Below are positions 1 to 13,147 of a stretch of DNA of 61,536 nucleotides, piece by piece. The notes beneath the pieces are model-generated. The model did no database searches. It saw only the letters and a program-made list of their open reading frames with translations, and had not been told where the DNA came from. The stretch is from Catajapyx aquilonaris (lineage: Eukaryota). Location of the stretch: positions 1 through 61,536 of the forward strand of contig JYFJ02002200.1 of NCBI GenBank assembly GCA_000934665.2, written 5' to 3'. Numbering within the stretch: position 1 is the first letter of the stretch; each line of letters begins with the position of its first letter. The position numbers and the translations under genes were made by a program.

Positions 1-1650
1 CCCACCCACCCCCCTCTGATCTAACAGTCGACCTAGTTCGTGATTTTGGTTGGGTAGTACTTAGGTTGTTGCTATTGGCCTAATAGCTATCCACTATTCA
101 GTAATAAACTATTAGTGTAAATGCGAAGAAAAATTTCGTAAGAAAAGATGGCGGTAATCCACCCCCCTAAAAGGGCTCTGTTCCCTCTAATGGGGTAAAG
201 CTATATATATATAAAAAAAACCTATTATTAGTGAAGTTGCTTAATTGATCATTCTTTTCAGATGCTGCAACGGCTTTCATGTGAACCAATAGATGATGAG
301 GAAGCTTCCTTGATGTGGCGTTGCCTGATGGGAGGTACGGAAATCGATTATAGGCCTAATTCACTTTTGTATACAGTAGGCCATAAGGTGTGCAGTTTAT
401 ATACTTACAGTATATTTGCAGAAGAGAAGAATCAAATTTTTGAACATTAAATTTTAACAGATATTTTTGGAGCACAGTTACAATGTTTCGATAGATAGCC
501 TATTGAATAGCAGGTCGTGTATCGTATTGCAAACACAATGCAACTATACGCTGCAATCACTAACAGTTGTTGCAGGTAATCGACATCAACTCACATGTTA
601 TCAATTCGCATGATGTACTGTATATGACAGTTAGTAAATTACGCCGATTTAACATGTTATCTATGTGTAAATGGGTACGAACTAATTCCCACGACAATCT
701 CGGATGATGTCATTTCCGTGTGAACTTCTGCCCTCATCAGTTTTCCCTAAAACTGAAAACACATAACCACAAGGCTGTCGCACGTAAGCAGGTGAAGGAC
801 ATACCCTCATGATGAAGAGACTGTGTACCATACACGCAACACACATTAGACATACATATTTATCTGTTAGAACCAATCCTCCATGCCAAAATGACCACGA
901 ATATAATCCATCATTTACTATCCTGGTTAGCCGATTGCACCAGTTGTTTACAATATATACGTCCAGTATACACGTAGGAGTCACTGTTGAGAATTTGAGC
1001 TACGTTTGTGCCTGGTGCACACAACCACGCGGTTTTCGAACACACGAAAAAGGGCTAGTGTAAGCCCTACGGCTAAAACTGCGGTATAACTTGCAACACG
1101 TGTATTTTTTTTTATATACCTTCCCTCCCCTTCTCTCTGTGAATGTGTGCAGGTCTGTGTAGATGTATGTGTGCATGGTCATATATTTCCAGAAGAATAG
1201 TCCCCAAGTCCCCCAACGTGCGTGTGTACCTAGGATCCCATATGTAATGTGGTTGTAGGGTGGGGGGGGGGGGGGGGNGAGGCTTGTGTGTGTATGTGTG
1301 TGTGGGTTAGAGGGGGAGGGGGGGGGGGTTGGAAATGACGAGCCCCAGGGAAATGCAGAGCTTTCACATCACAGGGAAGCGAGATGGAGGGAATGGCAAA
1401 TTGCAATCAATTGGCCCAAGGGCCTTGCAGTGCGTGGGATTTATTTATTGCGCGGCATATATAGTTTTTTTCAGCATCATTAATTTTATTCCCATCGTGC
1501 ATCGTACAGTATGTGGTAGTAGGGATCGGTAGAACAAAATTTTCATTTTGGTGTAATATTAAATTGGCCGTTAAATTAAGCTGCTAATGAAATTGCGCTT
1601 CAAAGTAATGGGTGTGTCATTCTGTGTACAGTATATAAAATCTATAGGTA

Positions 1651-2058
1651 CACTGTAATTCATGTACCGATTCCGGAGGTGGTACTGGTTTTGTGATCAA
1701 CAATTATACCGTCTACAGAACTGACTTGTAGACAGCCCATGGTCGTTCAGATGTATTACTGACCTGAAAATCACCATGTACCGATTCATGTACCGACTTA
1801 GGACCCGTTTCACCGAGCTCAGTATATTATAAATCCGAGTTTCTTTTCGAAAAATCCTCAGTTTTCATTGTTGACGACAATCGTTGCTATCGCAATTCTT
1901 GTTATAACCGAGGTTCTAAGTTATACTGAGCTCGGTGAAACTGGCTCTTATATAGATATCAAATACCTTCTATACGTATACAAGCCATATAGACGGTACT
2001 TGTTGATCACAAAATACCACCTCCAATTCGGTACCTGAATCGGTACATGATTTTGCAA
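1651..2058. mobile_element. Non-autonomous TIR element, family C copy 1
   Basis: TA|CACTGTAATTCATGTACCGATT left end; inverted sub-terminal TCGGTACATGA/ACCACCTCC; homologous to 9471-10107. Confidence 0.65.
1801..1947. mobile_element. PIF/Harbinger-type MITE nested in family C copy 1
   Basis: TIR GGACCCGTTTCACCGAGCTCAGTATA / TATACTGAGCTCGGTGAAACTGGCTC, flanked by TTA on both sides. Confidence 0.7.
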
Positions 2059-2454
2059 TATTGGTCGGTGCAAATTGAATCATTTATAACTCGAAAAAAA
2101 ATTTAGGTGCATTTATCCCAGGCCTTGGTTCTGTGTGACTGAATGCGGGATATCATTTTAAAGAGTTAATTATTTTTATTGGCGAAGGCCTTAGTGACGT
2201 CAATGCGGGCAGAAGGCCTTAGTGTGATGTAAGCTATATTTGATGGTCAGAGCAGCATGGGATTAAAATGGAATCTTTCGAGAATGTCAACAAGGGGCAG
2301 ATTCCACTTACGCGGCTTGTGCACGCCACATATAGGATGATATAGGATCCGAGTTAGTTACAGTACAGAAAAGATTCGTCTCTTTATGCATGATGTCACT
2401 TGGATTCCAGTCTTCTTCACTGTGACATATATGTTGTTTGCCTGAAGTATACAG

Positions 2455-2769
2455 CAGGGTGATTCGAAATTCCAGCAAGCAGTCGAAATATATTGATGCT
2501 GCAACCGCTACAAAGTTTTACAAAATCCTGCGCAGTATATGCACTCTCGTAAACAAATATAGGGCTAGTGTATTTTTAAAAGATGGATATACATAATATA
2601 GGTACGCTCGGGTATACGCTACATATTTTGACCACGGGCTATCAGCAACGCACATTTCGCCTTAATTTCTTTAATTTAAAAATATGCTGAATAATTTAGT
2701 CTGGACTATACGCTATATAAGAGCTCGCGGCACCACATGAAGCAATTCCAGGTGTTACTGGCCACCCTG
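2455..2769. mobile_element. Degenerate Tc1/mariner-type MITE
   Basis: CAGGGTG...CACCCTG|TA ends; the left TSD is not intact. Confidence 0.35.
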
Positions 2770-5700
2770 TATTTATGCATGATGTTGCACTTTGCCAGTC
2801 CGCATAGCCTACTGATCTATAATGTATAGCCTGTATAGAAGCCCCGATACACACAAACATCAAAGGCAGCACGTAGGGAGTGTATAGGCCTATTGTGAAA
2901 GGTATATTATAAATGTTGTGCCATATCGCGCAATGACTTCCAAGTTACAACGAGTAAAAAATTGTTTCCCTGTAGTAGTTTACCCACTAGTTACACCACG
3001 CTAAATTGTGTCATTGACTTATAAGACTGACATTATCATAAGATATATACTTGTAGATTAGTTTCATTATACAAATCTAATCAATGCAAAGGTGACATTA
3101 GGATGTTGTTGGTGACCAAAACTACCTCTATATATGTAGGGAGTGTTTGGAATCAAAAAGTCTTCTGCTGGTGTTATGCTGTATGCTTACACACCTGAAA
3201 ATTTATAGGAAAATACTTCTAAATAGCTATTTTGGTTAGCAGTAATTTGTACAGACATGATGTCCATTAAGGACTTCAAAATGACGTCCTATTCATGCGA
3301 ATAATGCAGATCAAAATGTTCAGTGCCACCTATTTATAGTATACAAATTAAAAAGAGAGGGAATATAAGGAATCGCTTTACGTGTCATTATGCGCAAGGT
3401 ATGACCAGCCTGTCTGCTGAGCATGCTTGGCAGTTTATGATGTCTTAATTTTGGTTTCAACTTAATTGCACAGCAAAGTCAAATCGAGGATGACTGCACC
3501 GATGGAAGCTGGACTGCTGCAGTCTGATGGAAGGGGCAGACACGATCAGGAATCGACACCTGCCAAGGACGCTTATGTAGGTATAGTATACTATATATAA
3601 ATTTTAAACAGGGTGGAACCAAAGATTGCTAATAGTCGCCTAATAACGGCAAAATCTCTCTTATTCCACTCTGTTTTACTCCCTAAACCGTCAAGTGTGG
3701 AAGAGAACTATACCGGGGTGGTTGTATAGGGCCAGGATACATCTGGCCCAAACTTTTTTTTTTGGTTTTTTGCTACCTATAATATTTATAAGTAAATTCT
3801 GTTTTGCGTGTCCGGTATACTTGACAGAGATCAATCACCGCGTGTGAGGAGGTAATAGAACTTGTCGTGAGGTCAAAAGGCATTGTTGTTCAATTTCGAA
3901 ACCCTCACTTCCTATACCGAAATATACACAGCAGGAGACGTCGATGCGTATATTCCCCATGCACATCCGTGGTCTAATTTATGAACTTACGACACCATCC
4001 GATCAGCCAGGGACTAAATCTATACAGGTGAGGTTCCATAATATACTGGGAAATCTGTCAATAACTGACCATGGTTGGATATAGTGGAAAGTTGTTTATA
4101 TTGCTAAAACATTTTGCACAACGGAGCAATTCCGCTATATACAGGTTTCAGAGCACCTACAAAAAAGCAATTCCTTTCGCAAACAAAGTTACGGCACCAA
4201 GAATTATTGCTTTTGTTTCTATAAAACAAACCTGGCCGGCTGTATTAAACAACTGAATTATTTTAAAAGAATGTATAACCATAAATTCTTCATTCATTCA
4301 TTCATTACACTCACGGCATATTCCCAAGATGGGGTTACCAGCGATGACCAGGACCAATTCACCTGGCCTTAAATTCTTCAGAGACTATAATTATATTACC
4401 ACGCTTATGCATAAAGTTTTATGCCGTTAATGATGCAATCAGTTCATATACCGACAGGCCTATAATAATGTAAATATCTGAATACGAATATTCTGGCCTA
4501 TTGCGCAACTGAAGGCAAAATCAACTTGAGCATATTTAGACTCCTATCATAAGTATACGGTTCACGCAGACCTAGACATCGAAATACTGGGGTCTGATGT
4601 ATAGATAAGTCCTTCTGAACTTATCAGTCATAATGCGTGACATGACCGTGCTGTGGACTTATAATAGACTCTAGTATATACAGTATACATAAATTGTAAT
4701 ATATTCCAGCATTTTAGTAACGAATATTTTTTTTAAATGCCGCGTGTGATAGACGAAAAGACTGAGCTGGCATGAGAGTGAATCGCTACCTGAATTTAGT
4801 GTTGGAAGGTATGAAGAGAGGGAAAGGAATGTAGCTGAAGAGCAGGCTTCGTGGTGGGTGGTCTTGGCCACCATATAGTTGTTTGGGCATTCAAGGCCTC
4901 GTGCCTGCCAGAAGCCAAGGATGATGCCATCACTTCCAAATTGCTGCCTCATTGCTCCCAACGCCTTTGCCCACTCTACTCTACTCCCCTGGTGCTGATG
5001 GCTTCTGCAGCTCCCTGCCTCCCAAGAGAGGAAAAAGGAAAGCTCAATAGAAATAATAATGAAAGCTAATTGGGCCTCTCAACCCTACCATGTAACGCCT
5101 GTCATCCAGGATTCCACGTCTACTTTTATACACGAGAGGAAATTCCAACTGCTTGGAATAAATTCACATGACAGCTATATATGTTTCTCTTGGGATGATG
5201 CGCTGCATATTAGGATCCGTTTCATTACTTTAGAAAATCGTTAGATTTTATTGAGTTACAGACTATTTAATAAAATGTATGTGTCAGCATGGTTTGCTTG
5301 AACTAACTTGTAAGGCCTGACGCGAGGAAAAGCTGGATAGGATAATCATGAAATGTCTACAACTGCAATTTCCAGCTGATGGCTAAAATATACTGTATCA
5401 TGAATTAAGCATTGTGCAGGTCTATATCGCTCCAGGCACTGTCTTATAATGTATACTGGACATAACAATATAGCCCGTACTGCTGATGAGTGAGTTGTAA
5501 AGTTAAGCCGCCTCTTTAAAATATCTTACTGCACTTTGAAAGGCTCCGTAAGATTACTCTGCGTTGAATCACACAGTTCCTTTGGCTTTTATTATTCAAT
5601 TGTAATATCATCAATATTGAAATAGCAGATAGCTTGAAGGTCATTCATCCCTTGATCACTTACGAAAGGACACCGCAGATTAGGCAGCATGTTATTCTTG

Positions 5701-7096
5701 TGCAAAATCGGTTGGACTTTCGTCCTTTGGAGCACCTCCTGTGGACAACCTTTTTAGAATCAGGTGCAGTGTCCTTTGTAACTCCTCAGATAAAAGATCA
5801 CTATTACTTAATTCAGCATTAGTGCATTTTAATCATATCTGTAAATTTTTCACCATAGACAACTCCAAGCATGATTTCTCGCAAATACATTCATTTAGGG
5901 ACGCGAAAGATGAGCCATCCGGTTGTGGGGGTTTGAAGAAGCGCGAAGTGGAAGGTCCGAGATTGGGTTGGGGAAAGGTCCCCCCTCCAACAATAATGGG
6001 GGGGGGGGGGGGGGGGGGTTTATAGGGCGAGGANCTAGTGGGGGATCCATTCATAGCCCCTTTTACACGCTCCATTCGCCACCTGGCCTCGAATTTCACA
6101 CGCGCTCTTTTACGAGCCGTCCTTTTGACCTCTCTGAGGCCAAACCGCGCCCAACGACCGCCCCCACCTTTTGGGTTTGCGCATCCACACTCATATCACT
6201 CCCTTTCATGTTCCTAACAAACCTGCGACCACACCTGTCAACATTAGCCCATCCACCTCCCCCACCATGAATTGGTCTTCCGCAGCAGAAGCACACACAC
6301 ACACAGGGGAGGGTATAACCCATGAGTTTTGCGTGGAAGAACCATGCTGCTCCGACTGTTTGCAGGTACAACAAGAGGCGAGAGGCCGAGCAAACATTCA
6401 GGCCAAGAAGAGCTAGCTAGGGAGCAGTGCATTAGGCTGCAATGTGCACTGCCCATATTGCGGTTACCCAAACCATTATGCTCTCCATGCCGCTCCAATT
6501 ACACTGCCTAAGTCCCAAATTTAGGGCTGGGCTTCCAAAACTCGTGGGGATTGTGGTCAAACTCCCTAAAGCTCTCTACTGTATATATATATATTTTCCT
6601 TAATACCCCCCATCTCACTTTTCCCCATCACCGCATTTACCTCTAATTAACAGGCGTACCAGTAAAATAGCGTGTGCAGTGCGTGCATTATCATGTCGCC
6701 CAAGCTTGATCGGGATGGAGAGGGTGCTTGGTCGTGAGTTGAGTCAATGAGAAGGGTATTAGCCTTCAGGCACAGCATCAGGGTTCAAAGGTTGGGAAGA
6801 TATACTTGCAGCGAGCTTTATATTAATGCTATGGTTGTCGTCGAGCTCGTGCTTTTTCCTAGGCTGCTGAGTCTTACAAATATATAAGAAGAGTGTGAGG
6901 GAACTTGTTGGAGGTCCTGTGACCAGACTTGAGCTCCCAAGGTTTCATCTTGTTGGGTTGTCATCATCACGAGGGGAGCACTTCAAGGCGTCATCTCTTC
7001 CTAATCTGGTTCTCACAAGTCACATATGTTGCTGATTCATTCTGGCTGCTATAGTCAGCACTCTTAACAATGTTCCTCAGATAAAACAATGCTGCA

Positions 7097-7097
<1 letters not shown>

Positions 7098-7185
<88 letters not shown>
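7098..7185. repeat. (ATT)n microsatellite
   Basis: ~29 perfect ATT units. Confidence 0.95.
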
Positions 7186-9527
7186 GGGTAGATTTTTGGG
7201 ACATCCTGTTAGGATTTTCTTGAAAGTGTCAATCTAATAGCTGGCGGGTGAAGTCTCTTTGGACAAAAACAACTTCAAATGAGACGGAAAATGCGGTTGC
7301 ACGCACTGGTATCGACGTAAGGCTTCAATCAAGATTCTCTAGAAGACTTCTCAGATTGTAGACCCTTTTTGACCCACTTGGCAAGTGCAAAATCAACCTC
7401 GTCGCGGGTAGAGTGACATAAGAGACCGAAAAGTCTCAGACACTTAACTCATGTATACTGTATGTCAAAAAATGGTATCCGTTGACTTGCTAAAGTGCTG
7501 ACGGTTTTGTTAGAAACTTTGATGATAGTTAATGACCAAATATCTGAGTGATAGTTGGGTGGAGGTGACAGTATACAGTGAGGTTCCCCAGGGACATGTT
7601 GCCTACTTGGCATTGAGGGCCAATTTGAGGTGGGTGGGCAACAGGGATGGGGTCCCAAAATTCCCGGGACCTTCTATTGTCACCTATCCGCTTGGTTCTA
7701 TTCATCCCCTCAAAATGCCTTTTAGTATCACCCCTCCACCCGATTCTTAATCTCAGTTTGGGGAGGAAAAAGAAGGAAAAGAAGAGACGAAACCAGTTCT
7801 TTTTCACTATGAAGACAGGATTATTGCTAAAGGCCGTCAGGTGTCCCTGATGCATCTGCCTCTAATTTTGTACCACATGAAATTGATTTCACCTGAAATT
7901 AAAGGTCCAGTTGGTCTATGAATCAAGTCGGCCGAGTTTGGAGAGAGACCAATATTGTTCCATTACTGGCTTTGATTGGAATTTGTGAGCTGTCGACCAT
8001 GGTCGAAAGTAACCGAGCAGACAATGTATTTGCTCGTTTATTAGTATCTATCAGTATGAAAAATTATGTGCCGATGCATTTTAATTTAATGTGTAGCATG
8101 ATGCAGTTATTGATTGGTGTTCTATATACAGGGTGTTCATAAAGGTGTTGAATGCAATATTTATATAGTCATTTTATTCATTTTTAGACTCTTCAGATGC
8201 AACATCACGACCAGAATAACTATGGGCAACGTAAGGACGGAATAGTGGTATGTGCCGAGTAGTTGTGGGGTGTCGTCGGTATTATCTGGGGGATTTTTGC
8301 ACCTCCCATAATGCTCCTCGCGACAGGGGCTGGCAGCTAACTGGCAGCTTTTGTCAGGACAAGTGGCCATCAAGGGTGCGCCTTGCCTTCTATCCTCAAC
8401 CTCTAATGGTCTCACCCTCTCTCAGCACCCCCCCNCCCAACCTCACACTATACTTTTCACATAGACTTACCACCAACTGGTATATAAATTCAACAGGAAA
8501 ATAGCTTTTTTTAAACCGTCCCATTAGCCCTTAATGAGTCGTTACTTTCAGTTATAATTCGTGGGCAATTTCTTGACTAATGAGATGAGCCATAGAGGAA
8601 TTTATTTCACGACCGATGCGTAGGTCGTAAAAGTCTAAAAGTGCGAGAGCCAGCCGCATATTCATTGACAAAAGGTTGGCGAACCGAGCCGAAACGCTGC
8701 TGTTGGGGGTGTTTTATCACTTATTTGCCTAGTGATTTATAAGGGCATAATTGGGACTATCTGGTACTGATGTGTTGGACCAGAGGTAGGAGAAGTTGGG
8801 CAAACATTTTCTATCAAGGACGTGGCCAAACAAACAGACACAGCCCGTCATCCGCACGTGTATAAATCGATTCGTATTTACACGTGCCTTTTTTTTTCAC
8901 CGTTTTTTTTCGGATTTTCGAATTTTTTTTTGAAGTTCATAATATTTTAGATACAAATATTTGTGCAGACCACCTAAGTAGTGTAGGTGTAGCGATTCCA
9001 GAAGGAAGGAATCGTTTTAGAAGAAGATTACAAATAAGAAAAAAACCCCAAAAAATGTGGGCTACTCCCCTTACACGTTGGGTGCTCCCGAAATTCTTTG
9101 CGAAGGTGAATATAAGATACTTTCTCTGTCTTCTTTTAACACCGACTAGAAAGAAAAAAAAAAACTGGTAGAAATTCCTGAACCAAGGAGGGTCCCGCGT
9201 GTATAGTTAACACCGACTTACTACTACTGCTGGGAGGAGTTAGTTAAGTCAGGCCTTAGAGGTGTTAAGATGAGGGAACGAGCTACGTATAAAAGCATTT
9301 TAGGTAGTCTTATATTAGAAATTGTCCACCCGTTTTACGCATTCATTCTTGCAGCTGTTAGTTGAATTTGAATGATAATCATAATAATTGCTGAGCCTTT
9401 TTTTACCATAAATGTATACAGTGTATTCTGTATGTTTAGCATATTGGCAAGGGGTTGTCTACATGTAGCCTAATTCATGTACCGATTCCAGAGGTGGTAC
9501 ATTGTGATCAACAAATACTGTTTACGG

Positions 9528-9787
9528 CAGCGGTTCCTAAACTTTTTGAGCCCTTAACGAATCATTATTATTTGGCGGAACCCCAACACCAAATAAAAAT
9601 TATGCAAAACTAATTCCAATGTTTTTACTTGTTATAACTTTTACTAAGTTGATCACACAATATGATGATTTTAAATTAAACAAACTACAGTTTCAAATAA
9701 GAATCATTTATTAGAACCATTTATCAAAACCTAACTGACTCGCGGAACCCTAATGATCCTTCGCGGAACCCACTTTAGGAACCGCTG
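9528..9787. mobile_element. hAT (Charlie-like) MITE
   Basis: TIR CAGCGGTTCCTAAA / TTTAGGAACCGCTG; 8-bp TSD GTTTACGG / GTCTACGG. Confidence 0.8.
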
Positions 9788-9822
9788 GTCTACGGTACTG
9801 ACGTGTAGACAGCCCATCGTTC

Positions 9823-9942
9823 GTCGTTTGTGACATTGCGCGAGTGCACGTTAAAGATCCCCAGAGTGGCCAAATTTCCCCCTGGCGTCGGTGTTTAGCC
9901 TTAGCAGCAGAAATAGGCCGACGTTAAGCCCCACTGATAAAA
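9823..9942 (+). mobile_element. 5'-truncated SINE (Nin/Deu-like core)
   Basis: 12-bp TSD AGCCCATCGTTC (9811-9822, 9943-9954). GTGCACGTTAAAGATCCCC resembles the conserved core of Nin-domain SINEs; short A tail. Confidence 0.6.
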
Positions 9943-11492
9943 AGCCCATCGTTCAAATGTACTGACTTAAAAATGGTACATCACTATGTACTGAATCATG
10001 TACTGAAGTGGACATCAAATTCCGTGTACAGTACTGACTTGTAGACGGTATTTGTTGATCACAAACACCTCCAAGTCGGTACACGAATCGGTACATGAAT
10101 TACAGTGTACACAGATGACACCACCACTCGAATGAAGAATGGCAAATGTTCCTTCTGACCACCATCAGTAAGAAGAGGTAGTGAAGACGACGTGCCGTAT
10201 TTGCCAGGACCTGGCTCAAATCCTGAGTGACATAACTTATGGAAAGCGGGAGGCAAAAGGGAAATAATCCGGGGCTTCCATTGGCCACGTGCGGTACAAA
10301 TAAAAGGCTGCAGGGTCACGGGTATAGAGCGGGGGAGGGAGTGAGTTTGTAGGGAGAGAGGGAGAGGTGGAGGGGGAGACCAGGTTGGGGCGGTGGGGTG
10401 TATTTCCCATAATGCCCCTGTTTGTTGGATGGCCCCGCTGAGCTTGATGACAATGGCTCTTTGTGGTGCCCTTTTCCCCGGCCGGGAGCAAATTTGCCAT
10501 AACACCTGAAAAATAATGTAATGATAATGTAATGGCGCGCCCAATGGACGAGGATAAACAGGCCGCCTCGCCAGCAAACACGAGCGCTTTGCTATCAAAA
10601 TGCAAACAGGGCACACGAGTGCTACCACTCTATAAAAGCCACCCTGCTAGCTGATGCCAGTCCACCCACTAAGCATTTTTGTATTTTAACATTTCTCAGT
10701 TTCATTCTGTAGCCTGTACTATACTACAGGATATAGAATCACAGACAACACCTGGTTAATAATGTAATGGACGTAACAATGTGTCGAACTTTGACTTCCA
10801 GAACAATAGGGCATGAGTCGAGGAAATGAGTGCTGAAGATCACTTATGGGGGACACGTAAAAGGGAAAAGGTAGCCGTTATTGTGTGCGTCCATAAATGA
10901 TTCAATTATTCGGCTGGAGTATAGGGGGAACTAATTATATAGGTTGGGTCTAACCAGGATTGCACGCAGCGTCAAGCTGCACTCTTTGCGCTCCTCTAAT
11001 CGCTTCCTTTCATATTTTTCCCACAACTATCTGGGTAGGGATCATCAGTTGTGGTCGTGAATGCAGGGTAGTTCAGTGCCAATAGTTGTTATCTGATCCT
11101 AGTAAATGTAAGAGTCGTGTCAAAGTAAGCGATGCCATCCAACGGTGTGTGTTATCGGATTGGGTACTGTAGTGTATATATACTATATAGTCGATGTAGT
11201 CGAAGTGCAGTAATGTTATACCGCGGGGTATATAATTCATAAAGGTTAGCCGTCGAAAATGTTATGTTCAAGGCAAGTCAAAATAATATTTGATTGTTCG
11301 GTATAGCAGCAGAACTCACAATAGGAGAATCGCAAAAATGTCTCTTAAGAGATTCTTTTTATGAAAACATTTTCTTTACTGGAGTGTGGTGTGGCATAAA
11401 AATAACTTGGCTGTCAGAAAAGTCTAGATTACACAATGCCTAACTCAATTTAGACCGCAGTGTGACTCTGGTGGTTCTGAAAAGCACAGAAC

Positions 11493-11630
11493 CGAGGCCG
11501 TTTGGCTCAGCGGATCAGGTTGCTTACTGTCATTTGGGAGCTAGGCCTTTGTGGGTTCTATTCCCGATTCCATCTATATGGGCCAAGGTTTTCAGCAGAT
11601 TGGCTTGGTCAACTTGAGGAGTTTGGCACC
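11493..11630 (+). mobile_element. Degenerate tRNA-derived SINE head
   Basis: TGGCTCAGCGG A-box-like and GGGTTCTATTCCC B-box-like motifs. Confidence 0.35.
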
Positions 11631-12989
11631 AAAATAGGTCACAATATCTTCTTCCTATAAGTTATATGCTGCAATATCCAGTCCTTAATAATATAATTAG
11701 TACTACTACATGTACCTGCTAGATACATATTGTTGAAAATCTATGCCAACTGATGTTCTACGCAGTCAATTTGTGCAAATGAAGTTATGTGTGCTAATAA
11801 GTTAACCAAGTTTTGTGTCAGTCATGACCCAGTCCTATATTCCACCCCATATACCACAACCCAAACGCGATAAGACACAAGAGCCTGTCGAAGACGCGGG
11901 GTATGTCTTGCATGTGATTCATGACATGAAAATTTCGCGTCCTCAAAAGGGTCTTATCTCGTTTTGGCTGGAGCGGCTGGGGTATGGGTTAGAATATTAA
12001 GAATAGATTTTAGGTCACGACTATACCACAAGAATCTGTTTATGTTCTGGTTATGTTTTAACAACTATATATACTTCTTGGTATTACCGCATTCCGAAAG
12101 TTAGTCTGTAAATGTGTCAAATAGAATTTTTCTCATAATTCAACGTAGCCGGATGATGTCACAGATCTTTAGCTATAACTGTTGATCGTTGAATATTTTT
12201 TTTTCGAACCGTATATCACCGAATTTGGTTCGCTATACCAAGTATATTCATATTTTGGTGACCCCCTTTAGCTCCTGCCAAAAATGTTCCGTAGGTCGTG
12301 GCCTCATTTTATCCATACTATTAATGTCGTTTTCCGATCTCTTCTTCTTTCTTCATATTACAGCAGAGTTTCAACCGTACACAAAATATATTAAGGCCAT
12401 ATTTTCACAATTGGGGAATTACTTTTGAAAAATTTATTTATTTCAGGTATTTGCCCACTCTTGGTGTCATTTCCAGACGTTTTCCGGTTAGTGACAATTT
12501 TGACATCGAAAACACGAATGTGCAGCAGGATAAGAATATTGCAAAAATTTGCATTCTCCGCACTTTCCCTGCTATGCGCCTGTGTATGGACAAGCATTTT
12601 GCCCTTGGCTGTACGTAAGAGAGAGAAAACCTTCCCCCTCGGAGTTCTTTGGAAACATTAAGTCGTGTTTGCAGAGCGGCCATTGGGTTGTCGGAGTTAC
12701 CAGGTTGGCGGGCTCTAATTAAGACGAATGGGGGTGGCCAGACGCAGGGAGAAGTTGCCGCCTTCTTGGGCCTTTGGGGAGGCGGGCAAACATCGTTACG
12801 TTCCGGGATGATTACCTGCACGCAACATTGCCTTTTCCTACCCCACTAGGCTCCGGGTTTAAATGCTGCCATAAATCTATTTTTGCTACAAAAACTTGAA
12901 AAACGTCCCAGGCGTTATTGCAACACATGCACTTCATACTGAAGCCATGTTAATGACACTAAATTAATCACCTTTCCACGTATGACAAG

Positions 12990-13147
12990 AGGGTAAAAAA
13001 GGGACTCTTTTTTACCCTCTATTTTCTAAGGTAATACATGCAAAATTTACCTTAGAATCAATTTACCCAAGAATATTTACCCTACAATGTAAGGTAAAAA
13101 ATGGCCACTTTCTTACCCTCTCTAGAGAAGGTAAATGGTTAAGAGTG
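12990..13147. mobile_element. MITE family A, partial copy (one arm)
   Basis: Near-identical to the right arm of 23550-23839, ending GGTAAATGGTTAAGAGTG|TA. Confidence 0.8.

Larger units (their letters stand above)
9471..10107. mobile_element. Non-autonomous TIR element, family C copy 2, with two nested insertions
   Basis: TAATTCATGTACCGATTCC at the left and GGTACATGAATTACAGTG|TA at the right; colinear with 1651-2058. Confidence 0.65.

Noticed and set aside
262..3580. Exon-like segments 262-334 and 3474-3580 with good splice sites
   Set aside because: Their open frames are not phase-compatible and resemble no protein I know. They could be non-coding exons, but this is unsupported.
10059..10628. 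189-aa minus-strand ORF
   Set aside because: No recognisable domain; it runs from a GC-rich island into a MITE end, so it is likely a chance ORF.
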